Positions 12,327-22,925 of a stretch of DNA of 64,000 nucleotides are shown here, piece by piece (within the stretch, counting starts at the first letter, position 1; each line of letters starts with the position of its first letter). The position numbers were made by a program, and so were the translations under genes. The DNA lies in contig RHPI01001168.1 in assembly GCA_009103225.1 (NCBI GenBank), forward strand, positions 249,337 to 313,336, given 5' to 3'. The notes beneath the pieces were generated by a model that made no database searches, was not told where the DNA came from, and worked only from the letters and a program-made list of their open reading frames with translations. Source of the stretch: Chlorokybus atmophyticus. Lineage: Eukaryota > Plantae > Mesostigma and Chlorokybus algae.

Positions 12327-13309
12327 TAGTGTTGCATATGTACACCAGTAAGTAAGCAGTCAAGTTAGTTGGAGTCGTTTTCCGACTCCTTGGCTAGTGT
12401 AGTGGGTAGGCGGTGTACAAAAGGTATATGCTATCATTCTGCCTATACTGTCACATGCATCCATGTGTTGCATTGTTGTAATTTACGAAGGTGTTGTGTG
12501 GCTTCACATCAACATGTCTTTGTACACTTGATTGGGTCACACTCGGCGTCGCAGACACCTCATAAGGCAGTCACGATCAGTAGGCATACTTCACAAATTC
12601 AGCTGGGTTGATGTGCACATATTGGTGTATGGACACCATAGTGGTCAATAAACTATATATTTGCTGCATTGTTTGCACAATCTGTGTTGCGCAATTTACT
12701 ACGTCACAAACTATTGGTGGATTGAAGCAAGAAACCTATTGGTTTCCGCTCGTCTACTAGCTCGTAATGTGCTACCGTAGCACTGCTACGTCATAGGAAA
12801 CGAGTCAATCAAGCTTGTGACATGGTCACTTGAGATTGGCGCAACACGCTTGTTTGGATGTTAACCAATGCTAACTTCATAGCACATGAGGTGGCGGCGA
12901 GAGGGTGGCGGAGGGCGGGAGGGGGAGTCCACGTCCTGCTATGGCTGTCATTGTGGTGGGTATTGCAATCAAGGCTGCTGACCCTGACAACGTGTGCAGG
13001 TACAAAAGGCTGCAATGCATGCAAGACTGGCAGGGGGGCGGTAAAGGTAAGATGACAGGTAGAAATTGGGTAGCACGCACGTGCGTGCTAGAGCCCGATG
13101 GTTGTGTATGTAGTTGTGAGGTGAGTGACAGGCACAGTTGTTGTGATAAGTACTGCATGTTACATGCATGCTCATTTGCACCTCGCATTATATGTACACT
13201 ATATTGTAGATGTCTAGTTGATATCATCAGCTGCACCCCCCGAGGTGCGCGGGGGGGAGGGATGTGAAATCCTCGGGAGACTTATCAGGATTTTACATAA
13301 AACAAAACA

Positions 13310-13340
13310 TGTCGCAAATGGAATCATTCCATTTGCGACA
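13310..13340. repeat. Perfect 15-bp palindrome with a 1-nt centre
   Basis: tgtcgcaaatggaat-c-attccatttgcgaca. Confidence 0.9.
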
Positions 13341-14282
13341 CGCTCTTGCAATATATAAGAAGTTTGCAACTCCAGTTAAGCTAATTGTGATTAAAGTTCA
13401 GATGTGAATATTTGAAAGCTACATAGCTATGAGCCAAACTAGGTTAAGACGGATGAGGCCTATTCGCGTGCAAGTACACGTGTTTCAAGATAGTTGAGAT
13501 TGTATGTGTATGTGTAACACATAAAAGCATAGTAAATAATGGCTTGGGTTCGCCTGTGTACTTAAGCACACACATGGTATTGCATTTGCACTACCTTGTG
13601 ATCTTGTACTGTAGGGCAGACTTACAAGATACACATGAGGATTTCCACTGTGTTGCAAACTCCAATCAAGCCTTTCGTCCCGACCGAGACGAATGCGTCA
13701 TAAGTTATGACTGAGTGACCAGCCTGCAGACTTGCACTTTGCGTTGCTGACTGGACTGCACAGTCAGCACCTCGGCGGTGTCGCGTGCATAGCAGGTGAC
13801 GTGGCGGCGGCGGCGGCGGTGTTGCTTGAAAGCCATCACGTTATGCAACGTCTCATGCTCCCTGCATTGCTCAGGATTTGACTACTACCGCTCCTTCGCT
13901 CTAGCAGTCGAATCCTAAGGTGCTGCACTCAACACTGGGGCATCATCCAGGCCGGCACCATGTCTTCAAGCACGCTAGACAGCGAGTACTGCGCTGCGTT
14001 TCAGGCAAGTGAACCGCACTTCAACGCTTGTTGGTGCAATTGAGGAGTGCTTAGTACAACATACAGGCAACGCATGCTGCACTGCATTGCACTGCAGAGC
14101 GCTGCACTGTCTTGCAATCTCTGGCATGCCTGCGTATCCAAGTGCAGTGAATTGCACCATTCTGAACGACTCTAAGGCTCTGGAAGCATTCTTGCTTACA
14201 GAGCCTGCTTCTCACCTCAGCAGCAGTCTATATCACACAATATCAACCAAACACTTTTATTCTCGTTCTCGTCTCTCAACAG

Positions 14283-16000
14283 GAGTTGAAAGACCATGTC
14301 ACCAATGAGGTGGTGCCATGCATCCTCAAAGCCGTGCCTGCGCTCAGCCCGCAGCGTATGCATGGACAGTACGAGCGCGAGTTCCATGGCTTGGACGGCG
14401 TGACGCACAACCTCTTTCGCGCGTGGGCTGGCGGATCAGTTCACTGGTACAGTATGAACACACATACACATGGGCGCCTACGCCGACACGCATTCATGTG
14501 CATGAATGCACATGTGCATTCACTCCCGGCCCCTCCACCCCAACACTCTCGTGCACACCTGTACCTGCACATGCACTCGCACCCACCCACACAAGCACGC
14601 GCACAAACCCCCCACTCGCGCATGCGCGCGCGCGCACACACTTGCGCACACATGCCTGTGTGTGCTATTCGAACAGCTTCTCTACGAACCCAGCCAGCTA
14701 GGATCCCACTACTTACTCCAATACCTGTTTCGCCAGGATAACACATCTGGATATCACTGCTCCCCACCTGTACGCGACGCGTTTGGACGGCTGGCTGTCC
14801 TCACCATCAACCAGTCCATCAACACTTTCGTCTGTGAACACCGCACCGCATTTCTTCAGCGAGATAGCCCTCATGCGCACGGATCCAGGCCCAGAACAGG
14901 ACAACATGTTCTTCTTCATGGACTTCCCCCCACGTGTTGACCTGGTAACTCTGTCTGTTTGTGCGCGTGCACGCGCTTGTGTCTGTGCATACGTGCGTGC
15001 ATGTGGCAAAGTGTGCACTTGTGTGTCTGCCTGCATGTGGGGTTAGCATCTGAAGATTTCGTCTAAAGCTGTACATGTGCCTGCGTGCGTGCCTGCGTGC
15101 TCGCGCATTGAGTAGCGAGCACGGTGTCGATGCGTCTGTCAGCATCGGCATTTGGGGTGTTAGACACATGCATGCGGTTGCTGACTCGTGGTTGGCATGA
15201 AACAACGCTCTCTATTAGAGAAGGCACCCGAAGTACGTCTCACGTTACTACGAGGAGGTTCGGGCGAGATGCGTGCTGCCGTTTGAGAACAATAAAGCCA
15301 CTTTCACGCGCCGCATCTCGTCCGGCGCCTGGGGCACCGTCTTCCTCGGGTCCCCCGCAGCGGCTTATTACTCATTCAGAGCGAGTGAAGAGGCTTTGCG
15401 CACAATCAAGGAGGCCATAGGTGAGATGCCTGCTAAGTCTGCAATGATGGCGTGTGCGTGCGTGTGTTTGTGCTCGTGTGCGCATGTGCGTACGTGTACA
15501 TGCATGTGCATACGTGCAAGCATGTGTGCGCACGTGTCTGCGTACTTGTGTGCGCGCCTTGGTCATTCTGATACATGCAGCGGAATACGCGCGGTTGTGG
15601 TGTACTTTCATCACGGCACCCCCAAAACCAAGCAGTGCTGACGAAGATGAAGCGGTGGATTTGAAAGAAGTCTTGGTAAGCTTTTGACGGCAATTGAGTG
15701 AATACAAAGAGCAAGAATGCCTGCATCTACTCATCTATTGAATCATCCATTCATTTGTTACAAGATTGCCTTTATTCTTCGCGCAGGAATGCGACGAGGC
15801 GCTCAAAGCGTATCTACACCGCAATCCCATGAAGCAGGTGCACACCGTTGAAAATAGTTGGTTGCTGCTGCATGGCATGTTTCACAGCCCACATTGTGCC
15901 TTTGCAATGCACAGCAAATGATACGCGAGCACTTTGGCGAGGAGATGCGGCCACAGATAGTGAGTAACACAGACATGAGTACAATGAGCGTGCGTGTCGT
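14283..16000 (+). pseudogene. Unidentified multi-exon gene with an apparent frameshift (pseudogene or assembly error)
   Basis: Splice-bounded exons: ELKDHVTNEVVPCILKAVPAL..., LLYEPSQLG...INTFVCEH/(frameshift ~14842)APHFFSEIALMRTDPGPEQDNMFFFMDFPPRVDL, LPFENNKATF...IKEAIG, AEYARLWCTFIT...KEVL, ECDEALKAYLHRNPMKQ, QMIREHFGEEMRPQI. Confidence 0.5.
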
Positions 16001-17344
16001 GCAATCTATAACCCCTCAATCCTCACCCTCCACCCCACGTTGCACGCAAGCAAGCATACAACCAGCTCACTACAGAGTGGTTAGTGGTTACCTCTCTTTG
16101 CCCTGTCAGACCGGCTGCATGGACGGGACTGCGCGCAATAACGACAGGGACGAGTGCTGAAGCAGGCCCCTACTTCAAATGTTAGGGTGATGTGTATGTA
16201 CACATGCAGTGCACCCGCTGTGAGTGCACTAGTGACTCCATCCCCACCGCCCATGCATCACTCCTCTGTCGACATTTCCTGCTCATACACCACCACCAAC
16301 GCGCGGAGCAGTAATGACGCAGTAGTAGCGAGCGACTGACCTATGATATAAGTTTGTATATAGAAGTAGTGTAATCAACAGGCTGGCGGTTGCTGGTGCA
16401 AGCTACAACCCAAATCCCGTCTGTACATCCCGTTTCGCAGCGCATCTCTGCAACTTTTGCAGTGCTTTGTGTGCTGCGAGAGAAGGGGAAGAAGCACGCG
16501 TTCAGCCGACACATCAGAGACAAGACTCGATGCCAATCAACACGTACATCCAGCTGCTGCAACTCACACAATGTGTGCTGGTGGTCATACCGTGTGGTGA
16601 CCATCAAGAATGTGTTATTTCGTATCATTGTGCAAGGGGACAGGCACGCCAACCCATGGAGGAGGGCCTACAAGTTGCAAGTCAGTGGGTACCTTATATC
16701 TACGTCAATAGTGACATAATGAGATGTCTACCTGCCATCTTGTGCCAACGACCATACTGCAAGACACAAAGGGAACAAAGGTTAGACAGAAGCAACAAGC
16801 TTTTACTGGCATAGTCTGCCTGTGCAACCTTACCTGCACACACATGCGATCACTAGGCCGACATGTAGCACTCACGCAAGTAGTGTGTGCGGCAGTTTGT
16901 AGCTTCAAGATCTCGCTCCTGAAACGTGACATACACATCTCGGTCCTTGTTTGTCGAGGGCATGTGCACAACATGGCTGCTTCTAAGTTGAAGTGCATGC
17001 TTCTGCAAGTAACCGAGTGCAATATCAGCTGTAGCAGTGTATATGTCCCAATCAGTCAACGCCTGTATGAGAGGCAAAGCCGGATGAGGATACGAACCTG
17101 CTGGACCAGTATCACGTCGTCCGTGGTGAAGATTGGCGTGTGCTGCTGGTGCTCAAGCCACTGGTGGCACTTGGGAACAAGCTGTGCAAAGACCAACTAA
17201 GCTGAGCACTGATGCAGAGAGCCTCTCGCCTATCCGCTCTGCTCCCACAGTTCATCAGTCCGGAACAGGTGGGATATGTACGTCACAGGTACATTCTCGA
17301 CAACGTTCTCACCGCTCTAGATGCCATGGACCTCACCGCTTCCA

Positions 17345-17900
17345 CTCCAGGCCCATAGCAATGCTCTTGCTGAACTTTGAGAAGGCCTTCGACAGGCTGA
17401 GTTGGGACTTCCTTGACGGTGCGCTGCAAGTGCTGGGTTGCGATGGCGCCCTTCGAGATTGGGTCCGCACACTCGATGGTGGGGGGCACAGTCAGGTGCT
17501 TGTCAATGGGGAGCTCTCTGCAGAGTTTTAGCTGCAACGCGGGGTTCGGCAAGACTGCGCGTTGGCCCCAACCCTCTACGTCTTGGCGGTGGAAGCACTT
17601 GGTGCTCTACTACGCACATCTCCTGGCTTGCGTGGGTTTCCTCTCCCCTCCCTCGCTATGAGTGCTCCGGAAGAGACCAAACCCCCACCCTCACGCTCCC
17701 TCGCAGGACGTGCGTTACTTCGCCTACGCTGATGACTTCACCATCATCCTTTCGGTCACGCCCTCTACTCTCCCATCTTTTCAGCAGGTTGTCGGCACCT
17801 TCAGTAATGCATCGGACTCTCAGCTAAACTGGTGCAAAACCATTGGCATCTTCCTAGCGGCTGGTCCCCTCCCCCCCCCCCCTCCCCTCTCGCCTCACAT
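17345..17900 (+). mobile_element. Degenerate non-LTR (L1/Tx1-like) reverse transcriptase fragment
   Basis: LLNFEKAFDRLSWDFL...VLVNGELSAEF*LQRGVRQDCALAPTLYVLAVEAL and FAYADDFTIIL...FSNASDSQLNWCKT. In-frame stop and frameshift. Confidence 0.85.
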
Positions 17901-20519
17901 CCTTCACAACAAGTGCTCAATAAGAGTGCAGGTTAATGACACCTGTGACGCGTCACGCACCGTCTCAGTTGCAAAGCTCTGCATCCATGTGAACACTGGC
18001 TCAGAGATCTCCGGCACCCGAGGCTAATGGTTTTCTTATATAAACCTCATGACATCATGGTGCGCAAACCTACTCAACGCAGTATATATTAAGTATATTC
18101 AAGAGGGTCCTCCGCAGCATGGCAGTAACTCCAGGTTGTAGTTGTCTTTGCTGTAAGCCTCGTACCAGACATGGCTCAAGTCCACCGTTATGTCCAAAAA
18201 CAAATCATAGCTGTCCAAAAATAGATCATAGATGTATGCGCATGTACCACACTTTGACAAGCACATTGTACTCTGTAATAGCCTTTGGCACGGGCAAAGA
18301 AGTTGTTGCTGCCAGCTGCTTTGACTGCCTGTCCGGCCCAACCCACAACATACCTTACGTTGTCACAGATAATGCTCAAGGGCAACTTGCAAGAGTAATA
18401 CTTTATCGACTTGCAAAGAACAATTGGCTCAGCTCACTAACTCCTCCTTGGTGGCCAGCGTGGTTGCGCATGCGCGTGGCAATGTTTGCCCCTGCTAGTG
18501 GCTGAGGAATGCGGATGTATACAATTGTGCTGGTTGGTGATCAACCAAACAGCTTCCCACAAAAGTGATAACACTCCGTGGCATGCACACTGTGCAAGTA
18601 GTTAAGCATTTGCAATTTTCGTCACCTTCAAACTCCCAGCCCGTGCAATTGTACGAGTCAATCACTAATTGAGTTGTAGTAGTACCACAACTCCCTACTC
18701 AATGCTTAGCTCACACATCGGCCACGACGCATGCAACCCAACCATTGGTGTCAACTGTCAGTTAGCGATGGGGGAGTTTTTGAACGATCAGCCTCTCACC
18801 GCATTGCAGCTGACCATTCCCAAGTCTGCCTTCAGATAGGCGAGCAAGCCAATGTACGCACCTGAAATAGCAACGTCTAGCGCATAAAAGCTGCCATTGA
18901 GGTTAAACGGCCGAAGAGATTACACCACAAATGCATAAGACATTTGCGCTTACGGGTGAAAGCTCACTTGTCACAAATGCGTTCCAAGAGTCATGAAACG
19001 CACGCCATGCACCGCTGCCGTCTCGCCAAAGCACAATAAGCTGACTGAGGATAGTGAAAGGCGTCGGCTTTGCCGCATCAAGGTCTTGCAGATTTGCGAC
19101 ATGGTACCTGTTTAAGGGCAGACTTCGCTCAAGCACGCACCAGTGCTGAAACAGGTTGAACTGTTGTTGGTGGCTCGGCGTACTTCGTTCACAAAGAGGT
19201 CCGACTCCGGGGCGCTCACTACACACACAGCGATCGTTTGCACCACAAGTAAGCGACGAATTTTTTGCCGCCGCCATGCCGAGGTGGTGAAGGCAGGTAA
19301 TGACGAGTGCGAGTAGCATGCTTATTTAACTCACGGCAAGGACTGCGCCGCAAAGCTAACGGTACGTGCACGCGTGCATAAAATTTATCAGAACTATGGA
19401 GACCCAAGCTTGTCAAATGCATCACACTTGACAGCAAGCACACACTGCCAAGTCAAGCCAGTCTAGGCCTGAAAGTGCTTGTCGTTAACAGCGCGGGAGT
19501 TCTTGCTTGAAAGCAACCAGCTCACGTTGTCCATTGCCGCAATTAACCCAGCTAACCCAACTAACCCTATCACGGCACAGCCAGTTGTGGCCATGCTCGC
19601 AGCTCACGCAGCTTGGCTAACACACAGAGTTCGTTCTCTTCACGTCTCTTCATTCCGTAAACTGAGGACAAGACTTGCCCGAATGACTCCTTTTTATTCG
19701 CACTCGTCTCCAAGTAGGCCTAGCATTAGGTCTAGTCAGGAAGCCTCAAGCTGCCATCTTGCATACAGGCAAGCTGCATGCTGCCAAAGAAGCGCAGAGT
19801 CTTGATCGGTCAAGCCAGCAGCGCCGCAACTGGTCAGCGCAGCGACAACTTGTCGCCGACAAGCCGTGCTGTCGTTACGCATGCCGTTGCGTAATACAGT
19901 GTAATAGAGTGTTTGATGTGCTAAGTAAGCCTACAGAATTGATCAACTGTTACAAACATTAGACAGCCGGAGCCCCGTACAGTGAGTTGGTCTGATTCCA
20001 AGCCGCTGCTCGAGTGACAATGCAGTGTGCAGGTACGTCACACGGCGTTGACCTGGTGTAAGTGTCAAGCTGGCGCCCGCATGGCGTCAGTCGATGCTGA
20101 CGTCATGTCGGTTTTCTTGTTGCAGGTCGGACATTACCGTTGCCGAGACGCCAGGCAGGTTCATTGTTGGGTTGAACCTGGCGGGCTGGCGGGATGTTGA
20201 CGAGCCGTTGAATCTGTCTACCCTTGCTAAAAGCATACTGTTTAGGCCTCGGCCATTCTATACTTTTGGCGAAGTTATGCTCTTGGCATTTAGGAGTATG
20301 AATCGCTCTTTAAGTACTTATCATACCATATATGGCTTCATGCCCATCACGCCACACACGATACGCCGCGCTCCCTCGCTATCACGCTCATTACGATAAC
20401 CAAGGTACCAAACACGTATTCATCATCCTTACCCCCGGTCTCGTCACGCATTGCTCCCCTAATAGTGGCGTGCTTATTGTCATCTTATGAAAAGTACATG
20501 AAATAAATGCGCTCTGCAA

Positions 20520-20555
20520 CGTATTTCGTCGAATACAACCCCCCCTCCATTAACC

Positions 20556-20648
<93 letters not shown>

Positions 20649-20905
20649 NCTAGAATATGCTTATGACCGTGGCATTGCCACGGCCGTGGGCCACCGCCGC
20701 AAGCTACTGCGCAGGGTACTGCGCCGTATCTCGCCACTGCCGCCTCGCGGTAGATGCCGATTACGGTGCCGGGTTACGTTGCGTCGTGTAATTGACGCGA
20801 CGCAACGTAACGCCGCGCTTAGTTACTACCCCCTTGGTATAATGGACCCCCCCCCCCCCCCCCCCCCCCAAATATAAGGCGGGGAGTTGTGTTCGACGAA
20901 ATACG
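20520..20905. mobile_element. MITE-like element with ~20-bp terminal inverted repeats and internal poly-C tracts
   Basis: cgtatttcgtcgaatacaac versus the reverse complement of gttgtgttcgacgaaatacg (19/20 match). C runs at 20557-20648 and 20847-20869; internal hairpin gttacgttgcgtcg/cgacgcaacgtaac. No TSD recognised. Confidence 0.55.
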
Positions 20906-21446
20906 GTAGATAGTTCGCGCTGAAGTATTTTCGTTCAACATAATGTGCATGTAAACGTTGAATGATTCTGGTGGGTACTATACAAGGCAGTCTTTCTGCG
21001 AGGATAGGTTGTACACATGCGATAAATAGAAAATTCGAGTTTTAGAATCATAATCAAAATAGCTTGTGGTTTGCAAGCACAACTGTTGACGCACATGTAC
21101 ACTATCTTTTCGTTGAAAACACACTGTCTTGCGCCATCTTATGCTAAACAAGGATGTTGCAACATCAATACGTTATGCACTTTGGTATGGCAGATAAGTT
21201 GCTACATATTTAGCTATATGCCATTGATATTTTCCAAAACCATGTACATAGCAAATAAGCTGTATGCGTATAGGGAATGGCATGCATATGAATCATTCAT
21301 GACGTTGTGTTGTTACGATCAATGCTGTTTTATATTTTAAAAACGTACACAGTCCTGAACACTTTTTTATTGCTTAAATGTCCCTTACTTAACAATTCTG
21401 CCTTCATCGCTTATCATGCTCAACACAACCAAACACATGCACACGC

Positions 21447-21978
21447 TGTAACGGGAAGGTACATTAAATCACCACACCACAAATCGACCATAAAAGCACC
21501 AAGTCTTTTGTGGTCGAGTGGGCCGTGACATTGGTCATCGGAGCTTGAGACCCGGGTTCGATTCCTGCCTCGCACACGAATTCCGCGGTCGTTGTTTCTC
21601 GATCCAATAATCGTAAATGGTCACTTTATGAGTGCCATCATCGATGGGTCGCGACTTGCCTAATGGCAGTCGCGCCGAACTGACCAGTTCAGTCGGCGCG
21701 GCAGAGCGCGACCTGCCTATCGCGGCGACGCGACCTGTGGGGCCGGCAGCGGCGCGCTATGCGCGCGCTGACCGGTATGGGCCTATATTGGCCGGTCCTT
21801 GGCTCTGGGGCCGGTGACCGACCCTAACAAACCCCTTGGGTAATTCCCCAGCTGACCGCGCAGCTGCCGAGGACGTCAGCGTTCTTAAGTGGGGGGGAAT
21901 GTAACGGGAAGGTACATTAAATTACCACAAATCGACCATAAAAGCACCAAGTCTTTTGTGGTCGAGTGGGCTATGACA
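21447..21978 (+). mobile_element. Complete TRIM (terminal-repeat retrotransposon in miniature)
   Basis: LTRs 21447-21530 and 21900-21978 (TGTAAC...TGACA), 5-bp TSD CACGC (21442-46 and 21979-83), PBS-like TGGTCATCGGAGC (21532-44; resembles the initiator-Met PBS TGGTATCAGAGC), purine tract AAGTGGGGGGGAA before the 3' LTR, non-coding interior rich in hairpins. Confidence 0.9.
21511..21565 (+). promoter_or_regulatory. tRNA-type RNA polymerase III internal promoter (A box and B box) across the TRIM 5' LTR/PBS junction
   Basis: A-box-like TGGTCGAGTGG (21511-21) and B box GGTTCGATTCC (21555-65), 33 nt apart as in tRNA genes. No acceptor-stem pairing, so not a functional tRNA. Confidence 0.55.
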
Positions 21979-22925
21979 CACGCACACGCAAACAACATAA
22001 AGCCATGTATTTAAACACAACGTACCATTTTGAATAAACTTAATATACAGCATGCGGTTTGTAATAACCCACTCGTAACCCCTTGCATATCACGACGTTA
22101 ACATGTGTAGGGAGCAAAGTTACCACATAACTGTGTGTATCATTATGCGCTTGCTACTACATGTTTGGGTAGAATATTAAAAAATATGTGCAATGCGTAT
22201 CTTGCCAATGTTTGCATTAAACATAATTTTAAATCAAACTGCAATACTACAATACTACCTTTGTAAGCTACACAACCTCTAGCATATAGCTAACACCGCT
22301 ATTGGCCCAACTTTACGTACATGTCTTATGTATTTCAACATCAACAGTATTCGCATACGTGCTATATAATCAATCACATGGGTATACTCAATGTCATTGC
22401 TATACCCTATGAAGTAATCACAAAACTGCTGACAGCGCTAATTCGTGACACTATCTGTAACATGTAATCAAGCATCGCATGCATATGGTACCTGAACAAG
22501 AATGCCCCCTTTTATACCCCATCACAGGGGGCTTGGCCTGCAGACGCCCCCCCAGATCAACTTGGAATCGTGCGCCTTACACCACGGCTTGCTTGTATCG
22601 AGGGTGGACTTATGCTTACACCAGCGACGCCATATACCTCCTGCCACCTCTACGCGGGGGCGGCGGGGGCGCTGGCGGTGGCAGTGGCTGCGGGGTTGTG
22701 GGAGAACTCAGGGTAGTGATGGCTTAATCCGTCACGAATCCAACCCACGCTTCCCTGGACCTCACTATCCTTGGTCGTACTGAGACTACCTCCCTCTCCA
22801 CCACCGCCGCCGCCGCCGCCGCTTGCTTCTCTCCTGCGCCCAGCAAAGAGAGGGGCGTGCAGGGTAGGTTCGGCTTTTGACGTTAATTTGGGCGTTGCTT
22901 AGAGGGAGAGACGCGTGCAGCCGCA

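Noticed and set aside
16340-17250. Several 70-160 aa ORFs on both strands
   Set aside because: No recognisable motif or consistent splice chain; possibly decayed element sequence next to the L1 fragment.
18099-20399. Possible SWIM/MULE-type or other coding fragments (CVCSERPGVGPLC; SDITVAETPGRFIVGLNL)
   Set aside because: The SWIM CxC...CxH pattern is incomplete and there is no supporting transposase motif; cannot be supported.
20480-20737. Poly-Gly ORF on the minus strand
   Set aside because: Artefact of the poly-C tract, which contains an N.
21504-21575. Possible tRNA gene
   Set aside because: A and B boxes are present, but the acceptor stem does not pair and the sequence lies inside a TRIM; recorded as a promoter-like relic.
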